A stretch of 64,000 bases of DNA from Eledone cirrhosa (GCA_964016885.1 OZ024740.1:360220001-360284000), one strand, 5' to 3'; counted from the stretch's first letter, positions 27,581 to 41,238 are shown. Numbers and translations: made by a program. The notes: generated by a model not told the origin, from the letters alone.

Positions 27581-29753
27581 CATCATAACTATCACAATGA
27601 TTCTATCATTTCCTTTTTTTAGATAAAGATTCTGAACCTAATCACAAGGCTATAGATTGTGAGTGGTATAGCTAGTTATGACAAACACAGTATTTAACTG
27701 ATATCTATAAAAGGCAAAGTTTCATGATAGTAATAGAGATAATGATTTTAAGTTAATAATAACTATAAACTTGAGGTATTCCCTGAATGAATATATTGGA
27801 ACACTAGTGAGATTTAAACATTAAAGAGGGCATTATATTGTTGTTAGCGTGGGTTAAGTATTGTTTGTTGTTGATCTGAACTCCACATTGATTTGATAGA
27901 TTGGAGAAACCTCTTTTTGCTAATACATTCCAAATTTGGCATAGTTTTCACAGCTGGATGCCAGTCACATTAGAGAGTGTACTGGGTACATTTTATCAAG
28001 GCACTAAGACTACCACTTTACAGAGTGGAATAGGTGCATTTTATCATGGTACCACTACTACTACTTTGCAGAGTGTACTGGGTGCATTTATTCATGGCAT
28101 ACAATTTCAGGAGCTCAACTTCCTATTGTCATTGGCTGTTCTTGAGACAATTATTTTGCCATTATGTCTGTGGCATACAGCTGAAATGTACTGATGAGCC
28201 AAGGGGTAGAGTTTCACTCATTTTTTTACATATAGTATTTACAGGTACAACTTTGTAAGCTGAGTGAATTGGAGTGACATGAAATAAAATGTTTTGTTCA
28301 AGGACAAAATGCACTGCCAGGAATCAAACTCACAACCTTACTTTCAGGAGCTGAATACTCCTACCACTAAACAATGAACCTTCACACTCACCAGTCATAC
28401 ACAATTTTCTTATGATCTGCTTTGTACGTAGGAAATTCCATGAAAACAAAATGATAAAAGTATTAGTTGAAGCAGTTCATGCAAATAGCAAGCAACAGAG
28501 GTGGACATTTGTGTGTAGTAGTAGTACATATAAGTTATCTAACATGGTGGAGCAGTGGAGGGGTGGGAGGTTCTGTTGTTCTTATCTAAATACAGAGATT
28601 ATAGTTTTGTTGATTGTTTGCTGTGATGTCATGAAGTACGCCTACATACATCCTTTTTCAGTGTAATTTACTATCTTTTACACATTCAAATATGAATAGC
28701 AGGCAGGGGGAACACCTACACACAAATTAGTATTATACAGAGTGAAAGAGAAAAAGGTGTGGAGGGTAAAACTACACTTTAGGTTGTGAAAAAAAATGCA
28801 GAAAAATGTCTCACTTTTAGTGAGAAAAAAAAGTCACATATTTGACTAGGAAAAATGTCACACTAGGAAACACATATCACAGAAAACAAGTCACGTTTTA
28901 TTTAAAGACCATAAAAAAGGTAATTTATTTAAAATAAAGGAAACTTTTTTATTCTTTTGCTGGTTTCAATCATTAGACTGACCATGCTATGATGGGATGT
29001 TAGTTGATTATATTAAGGTCAGTATTTATTATTTTATTATTTTATTGGTTTCACTTATTAAACTATAGACATGTTGGAGAACACACATATATATATATAT
29101 GCACCCTTGCAAGCAGGGAAAAAGCGGACGTAAAATGAAATGATGAAATGATGATGATGATATGTATACATGATATACTGTAAACGAATGTGTGTTTAGA
29201 AACAATAGATAAAAATCCAGAAATGACACCGTCAGAGTTCACTCTCTTTGTTATTAAAATAACAGTGACATGATCACTGCTAATTAAAAAATCATAACAT
29301 GGCTAAAAGGATATTTATCATACATAAAAATATTGCATATGCTTCAATGTACAACCCTATTATATACTCAGAGGGAAATGCAAATAATCAATAGATGGGC
29401 TGATTTCTTTGGTGGTTGTCTACACCTAAGGATGGGAACTTTCCTCATGCTATATGATTGGTAACCCTGTCACCTGGAGTTTTGGATTGACCACCCCCTC
29501 CTCCTGTTTCTATCTCATTTTGTCTCTAATAATCTCTAAATATATCCCAGGGTCACGCCTTGCCTCACTACTTTTTTTCTTTGGAACTCCCCTATTTCCT
29601 CTTATACATTTGTTAGCATATTCTATACCCCTGTACGACTATCAATTTTGAGATACATATTAGGCGTTGTCATAGTCTAATCTTGGTACTTTTTGCACAT
29701 CCCATCTGTTTGTTCTTCTGTTCTGGTTTTTTTTCCCCTGTTCTTTTTCTATC

Positions 29754-30107
29754 TGTAGCGGTTGTCTCCCTTGTTTGGATTAACATCTAGACGGGAAGTA
29801 GAACCCTTTCTGTGGCTTCCGGTCGGAGCCCTATAAAACTAACAACTTTAAGTTCTCATTCTCTCATTGCCCTTTCGGCACCAGGCCAAGAGCCTCTCAT
29901 TTGCCTTCCGGCGCCTGGGCCTTAGCCAGGCGTCTTCTGCCAGCCGCGTTTGCCTGGCAATCAAAACGGTAACGACTAACTTTGTTTCATTCTATCATCT
30001 ATTTCTTTGACATGTCAACTATACTGTCTACCATTGTTAATTAAATATTATACACACAAACCATGCCTCGTTTTGTTACATTCATACAACCCAGTACTCT
30101 CGCCATA
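29754..30107 (+). mobile_element. Solo LTR related to the 21234-21644 LTR
   Basis: Shared blocks (GGAAGTAG, CAAAACGGTAAC, GACATGTCAACTATACTGT); TATC on both flanks. Confidence 0.8.
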
Positions 30108-30233
30108 TATCCTTTGTTTCTACTTCTGTACCACTTAATTTACACTTGTGATGTATTCCTTGTTTATTAATGGTCATCTATCTTCAACCTCATTTTTATT
30201 TTACTTTATTCCACTTTATTCTATTTTATCATT

Positions 30234-30703
30234 GGAAGAGGCTATGTAGCCGGTCCCGGTAAAATAGACTGGGAGTCCGGATAAAATAGACTCCCAGTCT
30301 ATTTAGCTGGTGACAGTGTAGACACCATGAGTTGCGGCTTGAGTTAAGACAATTTGAAATCTTTTCCACCATCAATTGTTAAAAAACAAGTTTTAATCAC
30401 TTAGTCATCTTATTATGATTCTGCTTGTGTTTCGTCCATTTGTTACATACGTTACGCTTTAGTTACATACACACACATCTACTGAGTTCTATGGCTTAAG
30501 AATTTTAGGAGAGTGAAATGTTTTCAAAATTAAGAATTTTAGCTGAAAGTCACGACCTGGGTTCTAAAACACTATTTATTATTTAGTGGTAAAATGACCT
30601 TCCAAGACCGCAGCTAGAGTTGCATCCCTTCAGGATTTACCAGTAAAATAAGCTAAAAAGCATGTTTGTTTATTTTGCTAGGACCGGCTACATAGTCTGT
30701 TCC
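30234..30703. mobile_element. Mutator-type MITE
   Basis: ~35-bp imperfect TIRs GGAAGAGGCTATGTAGCCGGTCC / GGACCGGCTACATAGTCTGTTCC; 9-bp TSD TTTATCATT at 30225-30233 and 30704-30712. Confidence 0.85.
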
Positions 30704-31175
30704 TTTATCATTTATATATGTCAACACTAATTCTCAACTAATGTGTATTATACTACACACTAGTTACTATATTATATTATTACTGAGTGCCACTACTTCT
30801 AAGATCACTGGGACTGAGTACCACTCTTATCTAATTAGGGTGACATCAATGCAGCCTATTATTGTTGCTGCTGTAAACAAATCCATGACATAGCAACTTA
30901 TTTCCATGGTCAACTCCCACTGCTAAATCATGACTAATTGACCTGGTTCCTGAACAAGTAGTCAGCATTCAAGGAATTCACAATGGCTTGATGATATAGT
31001 GGTGAAACTACACCTGACTAATAGATAGTGGCCTTTTATATCCCTTGTACTGATGCTGGGAGGCTATTTATTCTAAGTCATATGTCACGAGTGCTGGAAA
31101 TAACCATGAATCAAAACAACAGGAGTCATTTTTATTTCTTCTTCATACTTTTCTGTTTATTCTATTCAACTTCTG

Positions 31176-31234
31176 GCTATATGATGAAGTCATAATTGTT
31201 GCATAGCAGTTATTATTGAAATATATATAACAGC
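31176..31234 (+). ncRNA. Degenerate hammerhead (C3A, stem I mismatch)
   Basis: GCTAT-ATGATGA-AGTCATAATTGT..GCAGTTATTATT-GAAA-TATATATA-ACAGC. Confidence 0.5.
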
Positions 31235-31366
31235 AATTATGTTAAAATGAAGTAATTTCTAACCTGTTGACTTGTACTTCATGATTACATATATATTTAT
31301 ATATATATATATTTATATATATATTTATATATATATTTATATATATATTTATATATATATATATAT

Positions 31367-31571
31367 TAGAAAGTGAGGTTTTTTTTACAAAATGAAAAAT
31401 AACCGAGGTGTCCTACACGAGTGAAAGTATAAAGAAAAAATGATGAAATCGAAAATGCAACTGGAGTCTTATTTTAAAAAAAATATATATATTTATTTGG
31501 TAAAGGAACCAAATAAATATATATATTTTTTCAAAAATAAGACTCCAGTTGCATTTTCGATTTCATCTTTT
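31367..31571. repeat. PLE-type fold-back terminus in (TA)n (palindrome about 31442-31567)
   Basis: Same family as 57842-57950, which carries the HHR. Confidence 0.75.
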
Positions 31572-31581
31572 TATATATATA

Positions 31582-34500
31582 TCATCATCATCATCATCAT
31601 CAACGTTTAACGTCCGTGTTCCACGCTTGCATGGGTTTGGACGGGGGTAGTCCCACTTGAGGCAAGAGTGATTGTCTTGCTCGCATAGGACTGTCTGGCA
31701 GGTTTTCTACAGTTGGATGCCCTTCCTAACACCAACGACATTTACAGTGTGGGTCTGGGAGGTTTTTACCGTGTTGCCTACACGGCCACATTACAGCGTG
31801 GACTGTGTGTTTTTTTGTCGTGACACCTACACGAATTCATTTGTTTCGGCCTCGATGGCGCGGCACCAACATAACTTTACATAGAACGGGGTGGTGTGGA
31901 TGGGGTGGGGGTGGTGGTGGTGGGACGGGGTGTATTTTGTTCGAGATGCCTACTGGCTGGAGTAGGTTTTACTATATATTTAGGTAAGGCGGGTCTTCTC
32001 TGTTACTGAGTACCGCCAAAGGTCTCGGTCCAGTGACATTGTCTTGGAGAGGTGTAAGTGTGTGATGTCGGAGTTTATCAGCTCGTCCCAGGTTTTTCTA
32101 GGTCTGCCTATTCCGTGACTACCGTCTATCTTTATTGCCCTGCACTTTGTTATACAGCTATCGACTTTCATGCGCATCACGTGTCCATACCAACGTAGCC
32201 TTCTCTCGAGTAAACAACATCTGATCCCTCTTATCTCTAATTTTTTCCTTAGTTCGTTTATGCTTTGCCGTTCACGTATATTACTGTTACACATCCAGCG
32301 GAGCATGCAAGCTTCGTTCCTCTCTAGTCTGCGTATATCCTCTGCACACAATGCCCAGGTCTCACTGCCATGCAACATTGCTGTTCGTATGCAGGCATCG
32401 TACAACCTGCCTTTCATTTTTAGGGAGAACCCTTTAGCAGCTAATAGTGGTATAAGCTCTCTGAACTTTTTCCAACCAGTTCTGACTCTAGCTACAGTAC
32501 TTTCAGAGCACCCTCCCCCACTGCTGATTTTATCGCCCAGGTAACGAAAGCTGTCCACTATTTCTATAGAACCCTCTGCGCAATTGAAAGAGCTAGTATT
32601 TTGTAGGCACTTGCTGCTACTTATTGCACCAGAACACCGGCCACATGTAAAATCTATGTTCTTAGTTAGCTTACCTGTGATCCCACTACATCTTTTATGC
32701 ACCCATACTTTGCATTTAGGACAAAAAATGGAGTTTCTACCTACGCCTTTCCTACACACCGAGCACGACCATTTCCCAGAAGGGACCGCCGCCTTGTTTT
32801 CTTTCCTACAAACTAGTACTTTGGTCTTAGCCAGGTTAATTTTAAGTCCTTTTGACTCTAGGCCGTGCTTCCATGTTTGGAATTTCTTCTCTAGCTCGGC
32901 CATTGATTCCGCTATGAGTGTCAGGTCGTCTGCGTATAGGAGTTCCCATGGGCAGCCTGTCTTGAACTCCTCTGTTATAGCCTGAAGGGCAATAATAAAT
33001 AGTAGGGGGCTGAGAACAGAGCCCTGATGGACGCCAACTTTTACGCTAAACTCTTCACTATATTCGTTGTTAATTCTAACCTTGCTGACTGTTTCTTTAT
33101 ACATGGCTTGTATAGCCCTCACAAGCCATTCGTCAACGCCTAGTTTTCTAAGAGCCCACCAGATAATGGAGCGGGGGACTCTGTCGAAGGCTTTCTCCAA
33201 GTCGACAAAAGCTAAGTAGAGGGGTTTACCTTTAGCTAGGTACTTCTCCTGTAGTTGTCGTACTATGAAAAGAGCGTCTGTGGTACTTTTGCCTGACACA
33301 AACCCGAACTGCATTTCATCTAGGTCAATTCTCTCTCTGATTAGTTGCGCTATTACTTTTTCCGTGACCTTCATGACCTGGTCGATTAATTTAATGCCTC
33401 TATAGTTACTCCTATCTAGGGCGTCTCCTTTACCCTTATAACAGTTAACAATGATGCTGCTATGCCAGTCCTTCGGAACAACCCCATTCTGTACGACTTG
33501 GTTAACTATGCGGGTGACCATGGTGTGTCCCACCGTGCCAGATGCCTTCAGCATCTCAGCAACTATTTCCGAAGGCCCAGCCGCCTTACCCGTCTTCATA
33601 TCCTTGATTGCCTTACTTATTATACTCCCCTCGACTAACACTGCTGGTCCCTCTATTGGGTCGATATGTGGGAGACTGTCTTTCTCCCATTTATTCTCCT
33701 CATTTAGTAGCCTTTCATAGTGACACTTCCAAGCTACCTTCTTATCAGCGTCGGTGATGGCAAGTGTGCCATCGTCGTTTAGTACACACTTCTCCCCGAC
33801 AATATCACGGTTTTCCTTGACGCATTGCCTAGCAATCCTGAACACCTCACGTTTTTGGTCCTCGCGTTGTAGAACATGCTTGAACTTTCTTTCCTCAGCT
33901 TCCCTTCTTGCTAAGTACACTTGTCTCCTAGCTTCCCTCCTGGCCACTTGATAGTCTTCTCTACTTCCCCCATCCCGCCATACTTTCCAAGCCTGCTTTT
34001 TGGCCTTAATTGACCCCTCCACCTTACTGTTCCACCACCATGTTACTCTCCTCCTGCCTACAGGCCTGCTCCAGCCACAGACTTCGTCTGTCGCCAACAG
34101 CAGGTTTGCTTTCAGAAATTCCCACTCTCCCTCTATATTGTCCGACTCTAAATGTTCTTCCTTACTGTCGAAAGCATCAAGTAATATGCTTTGAAATTTA
34201 TTCCTGGCTGTGGGGTCCTTTAGCTTCCATATTTTTCTCCTGAGGATAGTCCTCTTCTGCTGTCGAGTACGTCTCGTCCTGACTATGAGGTCGCTAATTA
34301 TCAGTCTATGTTGGGAGGTGCATTCTTCATGGGGGAGGGATTTAGTGTTTACAACAGACACTCTGTCACGTCTTCTGGTAAGGATATAATCTACCTGGCT
34401 TGTGTGTTCCCCGGATCTATAGGTGATCAGGTGATTGTCACGTTTTTTGAAGTTAGTGTTACAGATAGTTAGGTTATTTGCATCACAGAATTCCAGGATT

Positions 34501-35693
34501 CTGGAGCCTTCCTCATTTCTAGTACCAAACCCATAGCCTCCATGGATTTCGTCGTAGCCGTCACAATGTTGTCCAACATGACCATTTAGGTCGCCTGCGA
34601 TAATTATATAGTCACTGTCGGATATTTGGGAGGTAGTTAGCATCAGTGTCTCATAGAATCTGTCTTTTATAGTGCCGGGCAGTCCGGATTGGGGTGCGTA
34701 CGCAGATATTACTGTCACCGTAGTTCTATTGAGGACAAGTCGTATTTTAATTATTCTGTCGTTCACTCTATTTACGTCTATTATCTTATCTGCCCACTTT
34801 TCTGCTACCATGATTCCTACTCCACCCAGCCCATCGTCGTTTCCCACCCAGAAAAGCTTATAACATCGTTTTTTACCCTCAATGAACCTAGCAGACCCAC
34901 CCCTCCACCTGGTCTCTTGAATACAACAAACATCGACCTCCTTACGTTCAAGCATTTCTACAACCTCGTTAGCGCGACCCTTTAGGGTGCCTACATTTAT
35001 GGTACCAACTCTGAAGTTTTGGATTACGTTTGGGGGTTGGGGGCGGTGGGGGGCGGGGGGCGATGGGGTTATGTTAGCCGTCCGCGGTCGAAACAATGAG
35101 GAGTGCTCGCATTCTCGTCCAAGAGGTGAATTTGTCTTTATCTTTGGCATTGTCGCTGAGCGTCCAGATTTTTCTCTCTCTCTCCTCCACTCTCCAGGAT
35201 TCCGCAGTCCATCCATCCATCATATATCGAAAGGCAACCAGGCAAGCGATAGTATAGGCCTCTGGCTTCTGATTGGTCCGCGTAATAATACTGGTGATGC
35301 GTGGGGGCTCTGGCTTATGATTGGTCCACGTAATAGCAATGGTGGTGCGTGGGGGCGGAAAGGAGGGGTGTTGGGTAGCTAGATAGAAGGTAATGATTGA
35401 ATGGGGTCCTTGCATTTAACAAGCGATTAACAAAAATACAAAATTTGTTCTGTTCAATACGACCAAAAACTTTCGTATTTAACAATTAATAAATACAAAA
35501 AATGTAGATTGTTTTAGCGATAGATTGGCTATTTGGACTTGATACGAAATATGGATTGTTTTGAAAATACGCTAGAATTAGGAAATGGGGAATTAGGATT
35601 TGTGGAGGTAGAGATGAAGGAAAATATGTACATTACATGAATATCGTGGAGTAGACAGCAAAGCAATGAAATTTGGCGAAGTGAATTCCTATC

Positions 35694-35725
<32 letters not shown>

Positions 35726-36002
35726 GGGGGGTGGCCGCATGATGGTTGTGTGTGTTAGGCGTTTGACCGCCCCATGCCTTCGAAGTAGCGGGTGGGGGGG
35801 TCGAGTGTAAGCGGGAGTTTCGAAAGAAGGAAGAAGGAAAGGATTTTGTTTTTTTGTTTTGAAAATACGCTAGAATTAGGGATTGAGGTTTGAAAATACG
35901 CTAGATTAAGAATTAAGGAATTTATAAGAAGGAGAAGAGATAGGAGGTAATGATTGAATGGGGTCCTTGCATTTAACAAGCGATTAACAAAAATACAAAA
36001 TT

Positions 36003-36005
<3 letters not shown>
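31582..36005 (-). mobile_element. Full-length RTE LINE with ~400-bp 3' UTR, (GAT)n tail and partly duplicated 5' region
   Basis: Intact ORF; tail at 31582; 5' blocks repeated (35387-35449 and 35945-36005). The 5' boundary is uncertain. Confidence 0.85.
31980..35216 (-). CDS. RTE ORF: APE endonuclease, reverse transcriptase and PHD-like C4HC3 finger (1078 aa)
   Basis: TINVGTL, CIQETRW, AGDLNGHVG, SQVDYIL, SQHRL; AFVDLEKAFD, GVHQGSVLSP, LLYADD; GRPRKTW. No stops. Confidence 0.96.
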   Translation of the reverse strand: MDGLRNPGEWRREREKSGRSATMPKIKTNSPLGRECEHSSLFRPRTANITPSPPAPHRPQPPNVIQNFRVGTINVGTLKGRANEVVEMLERKEVDVCCIQETRWRGGSARFIEGKKRCYKLFWVGNDDGLGGVGIMVAEKWADKIIDVNRVNDRIIKIRLVLNRTTVTVISAYAPQSGLPGTIKDRFYETLMLTTSQISDSDYIIIAGDLNGHVGQHCDGYDEIHGGYGFGTRNEEGSRILEFCDANNLTICNTNFKKRDNHLITYRSGEHTSQVDYILTRRRDRVSVVNTKSLPHEECTSQHRLIISDLIVRTRRTRQQKRTILRRKIWKLKDPTARNKFQSILLDAFDSKEEHLESDNIEGEWEFLKANLLLATDEVCGWSRPVGRRRVTWWWNSKVEGSIKAKKQAWKVWRDGGSREDYQVARREARRQVYLARREAEERKFKHVLQREDQKREVFRIARQCVKENRDIVGEKCVLNDDGTLAITDADKKVAWKCHYERLLNEENKWEKDSLPHIDPIEGPAVLVEGSIISKAIKDMKTGKAAGPSEIVAEMLKASGTVGHTMVTRIVNQVVQNGVVPKDWHSSIIVNCYKGKGDALDRSNYRGIKLIDQVMKVTEKVIAQLIRERIDLDEMQFGFVSGKSTTDALFIVRQLQEKYLAKGKPLYLAFVDLEKAFDRVPRSIIWWALRKLGVDEWLVRAIQAMYKETVSKVRINNEYSEEFSVKVGVHQGSVLSPLLFIIALQAITEEFKTGCPWELLYADDLTLIAESMAELEKKFQTWKHGLESKGLKINLAKTKVLVCRKENKAAVPSGKWSCSVCRKGVGRNSIFCPKCKVWVHKRCSGITGKLTKNIDFTCGRCSGAISSSKCLQNTSSFNCAEGSIEIVDSFRYLGDKISSGGGCSESTVARVRTGWKKFRELIPLLAAKGFSLKMKGRLYDACIRTAMLHGSETWALCAEDIRRLERNEACMLRWMCNSNIRERQSINELRKKLEIRGIRCCLLERRLRWYGHVMRMKVDSCITKCRAIKIDGSHGIGRPRKTWDELINSDITHLHLSKTMSLDRDLWRYSVTEKTRLT

Positions 36006-36054
<49 letters not shown>

Positions 36055-36397
36055 AAAGAATAGAGGTGTAACACACAAGTTATTATATATTGGGAAACGG
36101 AATAGAAAATGCTGACAAATTGTTCACAGTGAAAAATAGTTTAATTAGGAATAAGTGAGAATTAGTAATTGTATTGGTTAGTATTCAGTTTTGGTTTTAA
36201 GTTTTACCGGTTGCGCATTTCTAATGCTTTTCAAAAATAATTTTGAGATAGAGCGTCCGTGATGTTTGCTCTGATCTGAGCAAACACCACGGACGCTCTA
36301 TCTCAACGTACACCCACTTACATCTCTCTCTCCACCACCGGACCTTGTTACCCGGAGATTTACCCATTTGCATTGTCGAGGCTTCCAAACGACTTAA

Positions 36398-36460
<63 letters not shown>

Positions 36461-36463
<3 letters not shown>

Positions 36464-36653
36464 GTTATTCCGGGTTGAATCGGAGGTAACCACAGTAAGT
36501 AAGGTACTCAATACATAGCAGAGTATAACAGTTTTAATATAGAAGAGATTCTACAGGACTAGAACTGTTTCATTCATTAGAAATCATCAGGAATCCCTGA
36601 TGATTTCTAATGAATGAAACAGTTCTAGTCCTGTAGAATCTCTTCTATATTAA

Positions 36654-36657
<4 letters not shown>
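36461..36657 (-). mobile_element. HHR-headed mini-element with 5' fold-back (palindrome 36530-36657)
   Basis: Minus 36547-36595: GATTC-CTGATGA-TTTC TAAT GAAT-GAAA-CAG TTCTAGTC CTG-TA-GAATC; lies in (TA)n. Confidence 0.8.
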
Positions 36658-36729
<72 letters not shown>

Positions 36730-36857
36730 CTAATAACAGTTCAGAAATAGTCGTCGAAACGGCTTGAGCTCTGCCGTCGGGGTCATACTTGTTCCTAGTT
36801 CCTATATGTATATACATATATATATATATATATACATATATATATACATATATATAT

Positions 36858-37056
36858 ATATTTAATATAGAAATGGCTTCTACAGGACTAGAACTGTTTC
36901 ATTTGGGAGAAATCATCAGGCCTTCCTGATGATTTCTCCCAAATGAAACAGTTCTAGTCCTATAGAAGCCATTTCTATATTAAATATTTATACTCTGCTT
37001 TGTATTGAGTACCCCTTACTTACTGTGGTTACCCCCATTGAACCCGGGATAAACTT
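36858..37056 (+). mobile_element. Second, diverged HHR-headed mini-element with 5' fold-back (palindrome 36858-36987)
   Basis: CTTC-CTGATGA...GAAA-CAG..CTA/G-TA-GAAG; tail homologous to 36461-36530. Further partial copies at 37066-37125 (-) and 41641-41690 (+). Confidence 0.8.
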
Positions 37057-37125
37057 ATATATATAGTTTTAATATAGATGAGATTCTACAGGACTAGAAC
37101 TGTTTCATTCTTTAGAAATCATCAG

Positions 37126-38250
37126 AACCCAGATCCCCTCAGGGAAATGGCCTTGCTCAGTATGTAGGAAAGGTGTAGGTAGGAACTCCATTCTCTGCCC
37201 CAAATGCAAACAATGGGTACACAAGAGATGTAGCGGGATCTCAGGAAGCTTAATTAAGAATGTAGGCTTCACATGTAGCAGCTGTGCTGGGACAGCAAGC
37301 AGCAAACAGCCACAGGAAACAAGTACCACCAATCTCTGAGAGGGCTCTGTAGAAACAATAGACAGCTTCTGCTACCTAGGTGACCGAATTAGCAGCGGAG
37401 GTGGGTGTTCAGAAAGTACAATAACTAGAGTAAGAACGGGATGGAAGAAGTTCAGGGAACTACTGTCACTGCTAGCTGCAAAAGGCTTCTCCCTCAAAAT
37501 GAAAGGCAGACTGTATGATGCGTGTATCCGAACAGCAATGTTACATGGTAGTGAGACCTGGGCGCTGAAGGTGGACTTGCGTAGATTAGAGAGAAACGAA
37601 GCTTGCATGCTCCGGTGGATGTGTAATAGTAATATACGTGAACGGCAAAGCATAAATGAATTGAGAGAGAGATTGAGCATAAGAGGAATCAAATGCTGTG
37701 TGCAGGAGAGGAGGTTATGTTGGTATGGACATGTGATGCGTATGAAGGATGACAGCTGCATAAAAAGGTGCAGAGCACTAGAAGTCGATGGAAACCGTGG
37801 AGTGGGGAGACCCAAGAAGACCTGGGATGAGGTGATAAAAGCCAACCTTACCCAATTACACCTCTCAAAGGCGATGACACACGACCGTGACCTCTGGCGT
37901 CACACAGTAATACAGAGTACCCGACCTCCCATGGATACAATCTGAAGTATATAGACAATATGCCCCCACACCCTCCCACTGCAAGGTGGTCGTGGAGGTG
38001 CCACGGCAAAACAGCACCCAGCCCACACTGTAAAGTGGACGTGGAGGTGCCACGGCAAAAAAGCACCCAGCACTCACTGTAAATGAGGTTGGTGTTAGGA
38101 AGGGCATCCAGCTGTAGAAATCAAGCCAAAATCAGTTCCTGTATGAGCAAGGCATGGTCAGCCGACCAGACACTGCCCACAACAGGACAACCCGTCTAAC
38201 CCATGCTAGCATGGAAGAACGGACGTAAAACAGTGATGATGATGATGATG
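37126..38250 (+). mobile_element. 5'-truncated RTE LINE close to the intact copy
   Basis: ORF 37499-37945 is nearly identical to the C-terminus of the 1078-aa ORF; 3' UTR and (GAT)n tail. Confidence 0.92.
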
Positions 38251-38379
<129 letters not shown>

Positions 38380-38382
38380 ATA

Positions 38383-39617
<1,235 letters not shown>

Positions 39618-40731
39618 TTAATATTTTTTTAAGGCAACGCTTGTAATAACTCTAGTTAAACAGGATATATATTAATAATAAATTATCGTTGTAATGTAAT
39701 TAGATTATGTAATTGTTATTATAAATTATCTTATAAATATTAGTGTAAGATGTATAAAAATATTTTCAGACTTTTAATATAAACAACTACAAAAAACAAT
39801 CAATATTAAATCAATATATTATACATAATAGAAAACATAAAATATACAATACAAAAACAAAATATTTACATACAATTGCAATTATCAGTGTATATACATT
39901 TTCTTTATATTCCCTGAGCAAATTAATAAGATTTGTTTTTATTGTACATAATTTGATGACTTGTTGGAGTGTATTAAAAGATAGCAACAATTTGTGATTA
40001 AATTGTTATCTTAAGCAACTCACTTTTTAATAGTTGTTGGCTGAGCGAAATTGTAAAAGCCTATGAGCAAATATAAAAAAAAATACACAAACAACATTTC
40101 CTTGTGTTATTACAACATTAGATAAAATAATTGAGCAATGTCGTTATATTTTGCTCTTATTGCACATTAATAGTGTTTCTATTTTTCGGCACAAATCCAT
40201 TACGGCAGTCCATTACTGGTACTTTATTTTATCGAATTAGTAAGTATGAAAGTCGAAGTTAACCTCGGCAGGATTTGAACTTAGAATGCAAAGGACCATA
40301 ACAATACTGCAAAGCATGGTGTCTGACGCTCTACCAATACTTGTGTTGAGCTGGTCATTAATTTATGGTGGTCGTGCGTGGAGTAGAGCAATCGCTAGTT
40401 GAAATATTATGAACAAAACATTTTTATTTGCCGAAGAACATATTTTCAATACTGTTTGTGAATGTGACGAAGGAAATACATTCTGATATGGAACAGTGTA
40501 CAAAGTGTGTCTGTGAATAACATAATGTTACCTCATGTTGTTGTCAAGACATAATGGATTTCGTTTATCCAGTTAGAAGATGAAACCTAGCCATCTCGGA
40601 TTAGTTATATTTCATGCCATGTGTAAACGTGTTTGAGGATAGCAAAATATGCGCGTTAATTATAATAATTAGTTAATAATATTACAAAATATACCTAATT
40701 AAACTCTTTGCTTGAAATTTTATCATTCTTC

Positions 40732-40828
<97 letters not shown>

Positions 40829-41052
40829 TCTAGTCCTTCGCTCAAGATTAATCTATAAGTTTAGATGTTTGCCTTCGTTTAAGTAAATATTACAGTAAGA
40901 TTTTTAATATAAACAACTGCAAAAAACAATTAATATTAAAACGAAAAAATTATCAATGATAAAAGAAGCGGATGCAACTTTTTTTTTTATAAAGTTATAT
41001 TCCTGTTTCTTTAAAGAACATTTCATTTTTGTTCTATTGTAGGCGAAATAAT

Positions 41053-41238
41053 TGTTTCTACTTTAGGCACAAGGCCAGCAAATTACCCAGTACATTACTG
41101 GTACTTTATTTTATCGACCCCGTAAGGATGAAAGGCAAAGTTAACCTCAGCGGGATTTGAACTCAGACTGTAAAGGGACGTAACTATGCTAGAAAGCATG
41201 GCGTCCAACCCTCTACCGATACTGCCAATTCACCGCCC
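41053..41238 (-). mobile_element. Full-length tRNA-derived SINE with 15-bp TSD
   Basis: TGTAGGCGAAATAAT at 41038-41052 and 41239-41253; A/B boxes; same family as 10775. Confidence 0.92.

Noticed and set aside
24213-28215. Isolated CTGATGA at about 24214 and 28191
   Set aside because: No stem II/GAAA/stem I context.
35720-35830. HDV-like ribozyme at the RTE 5' end
   Set aside because: GC-rich, but the double pseudoknot could not be drawn by eye; it needs a descriptor search.
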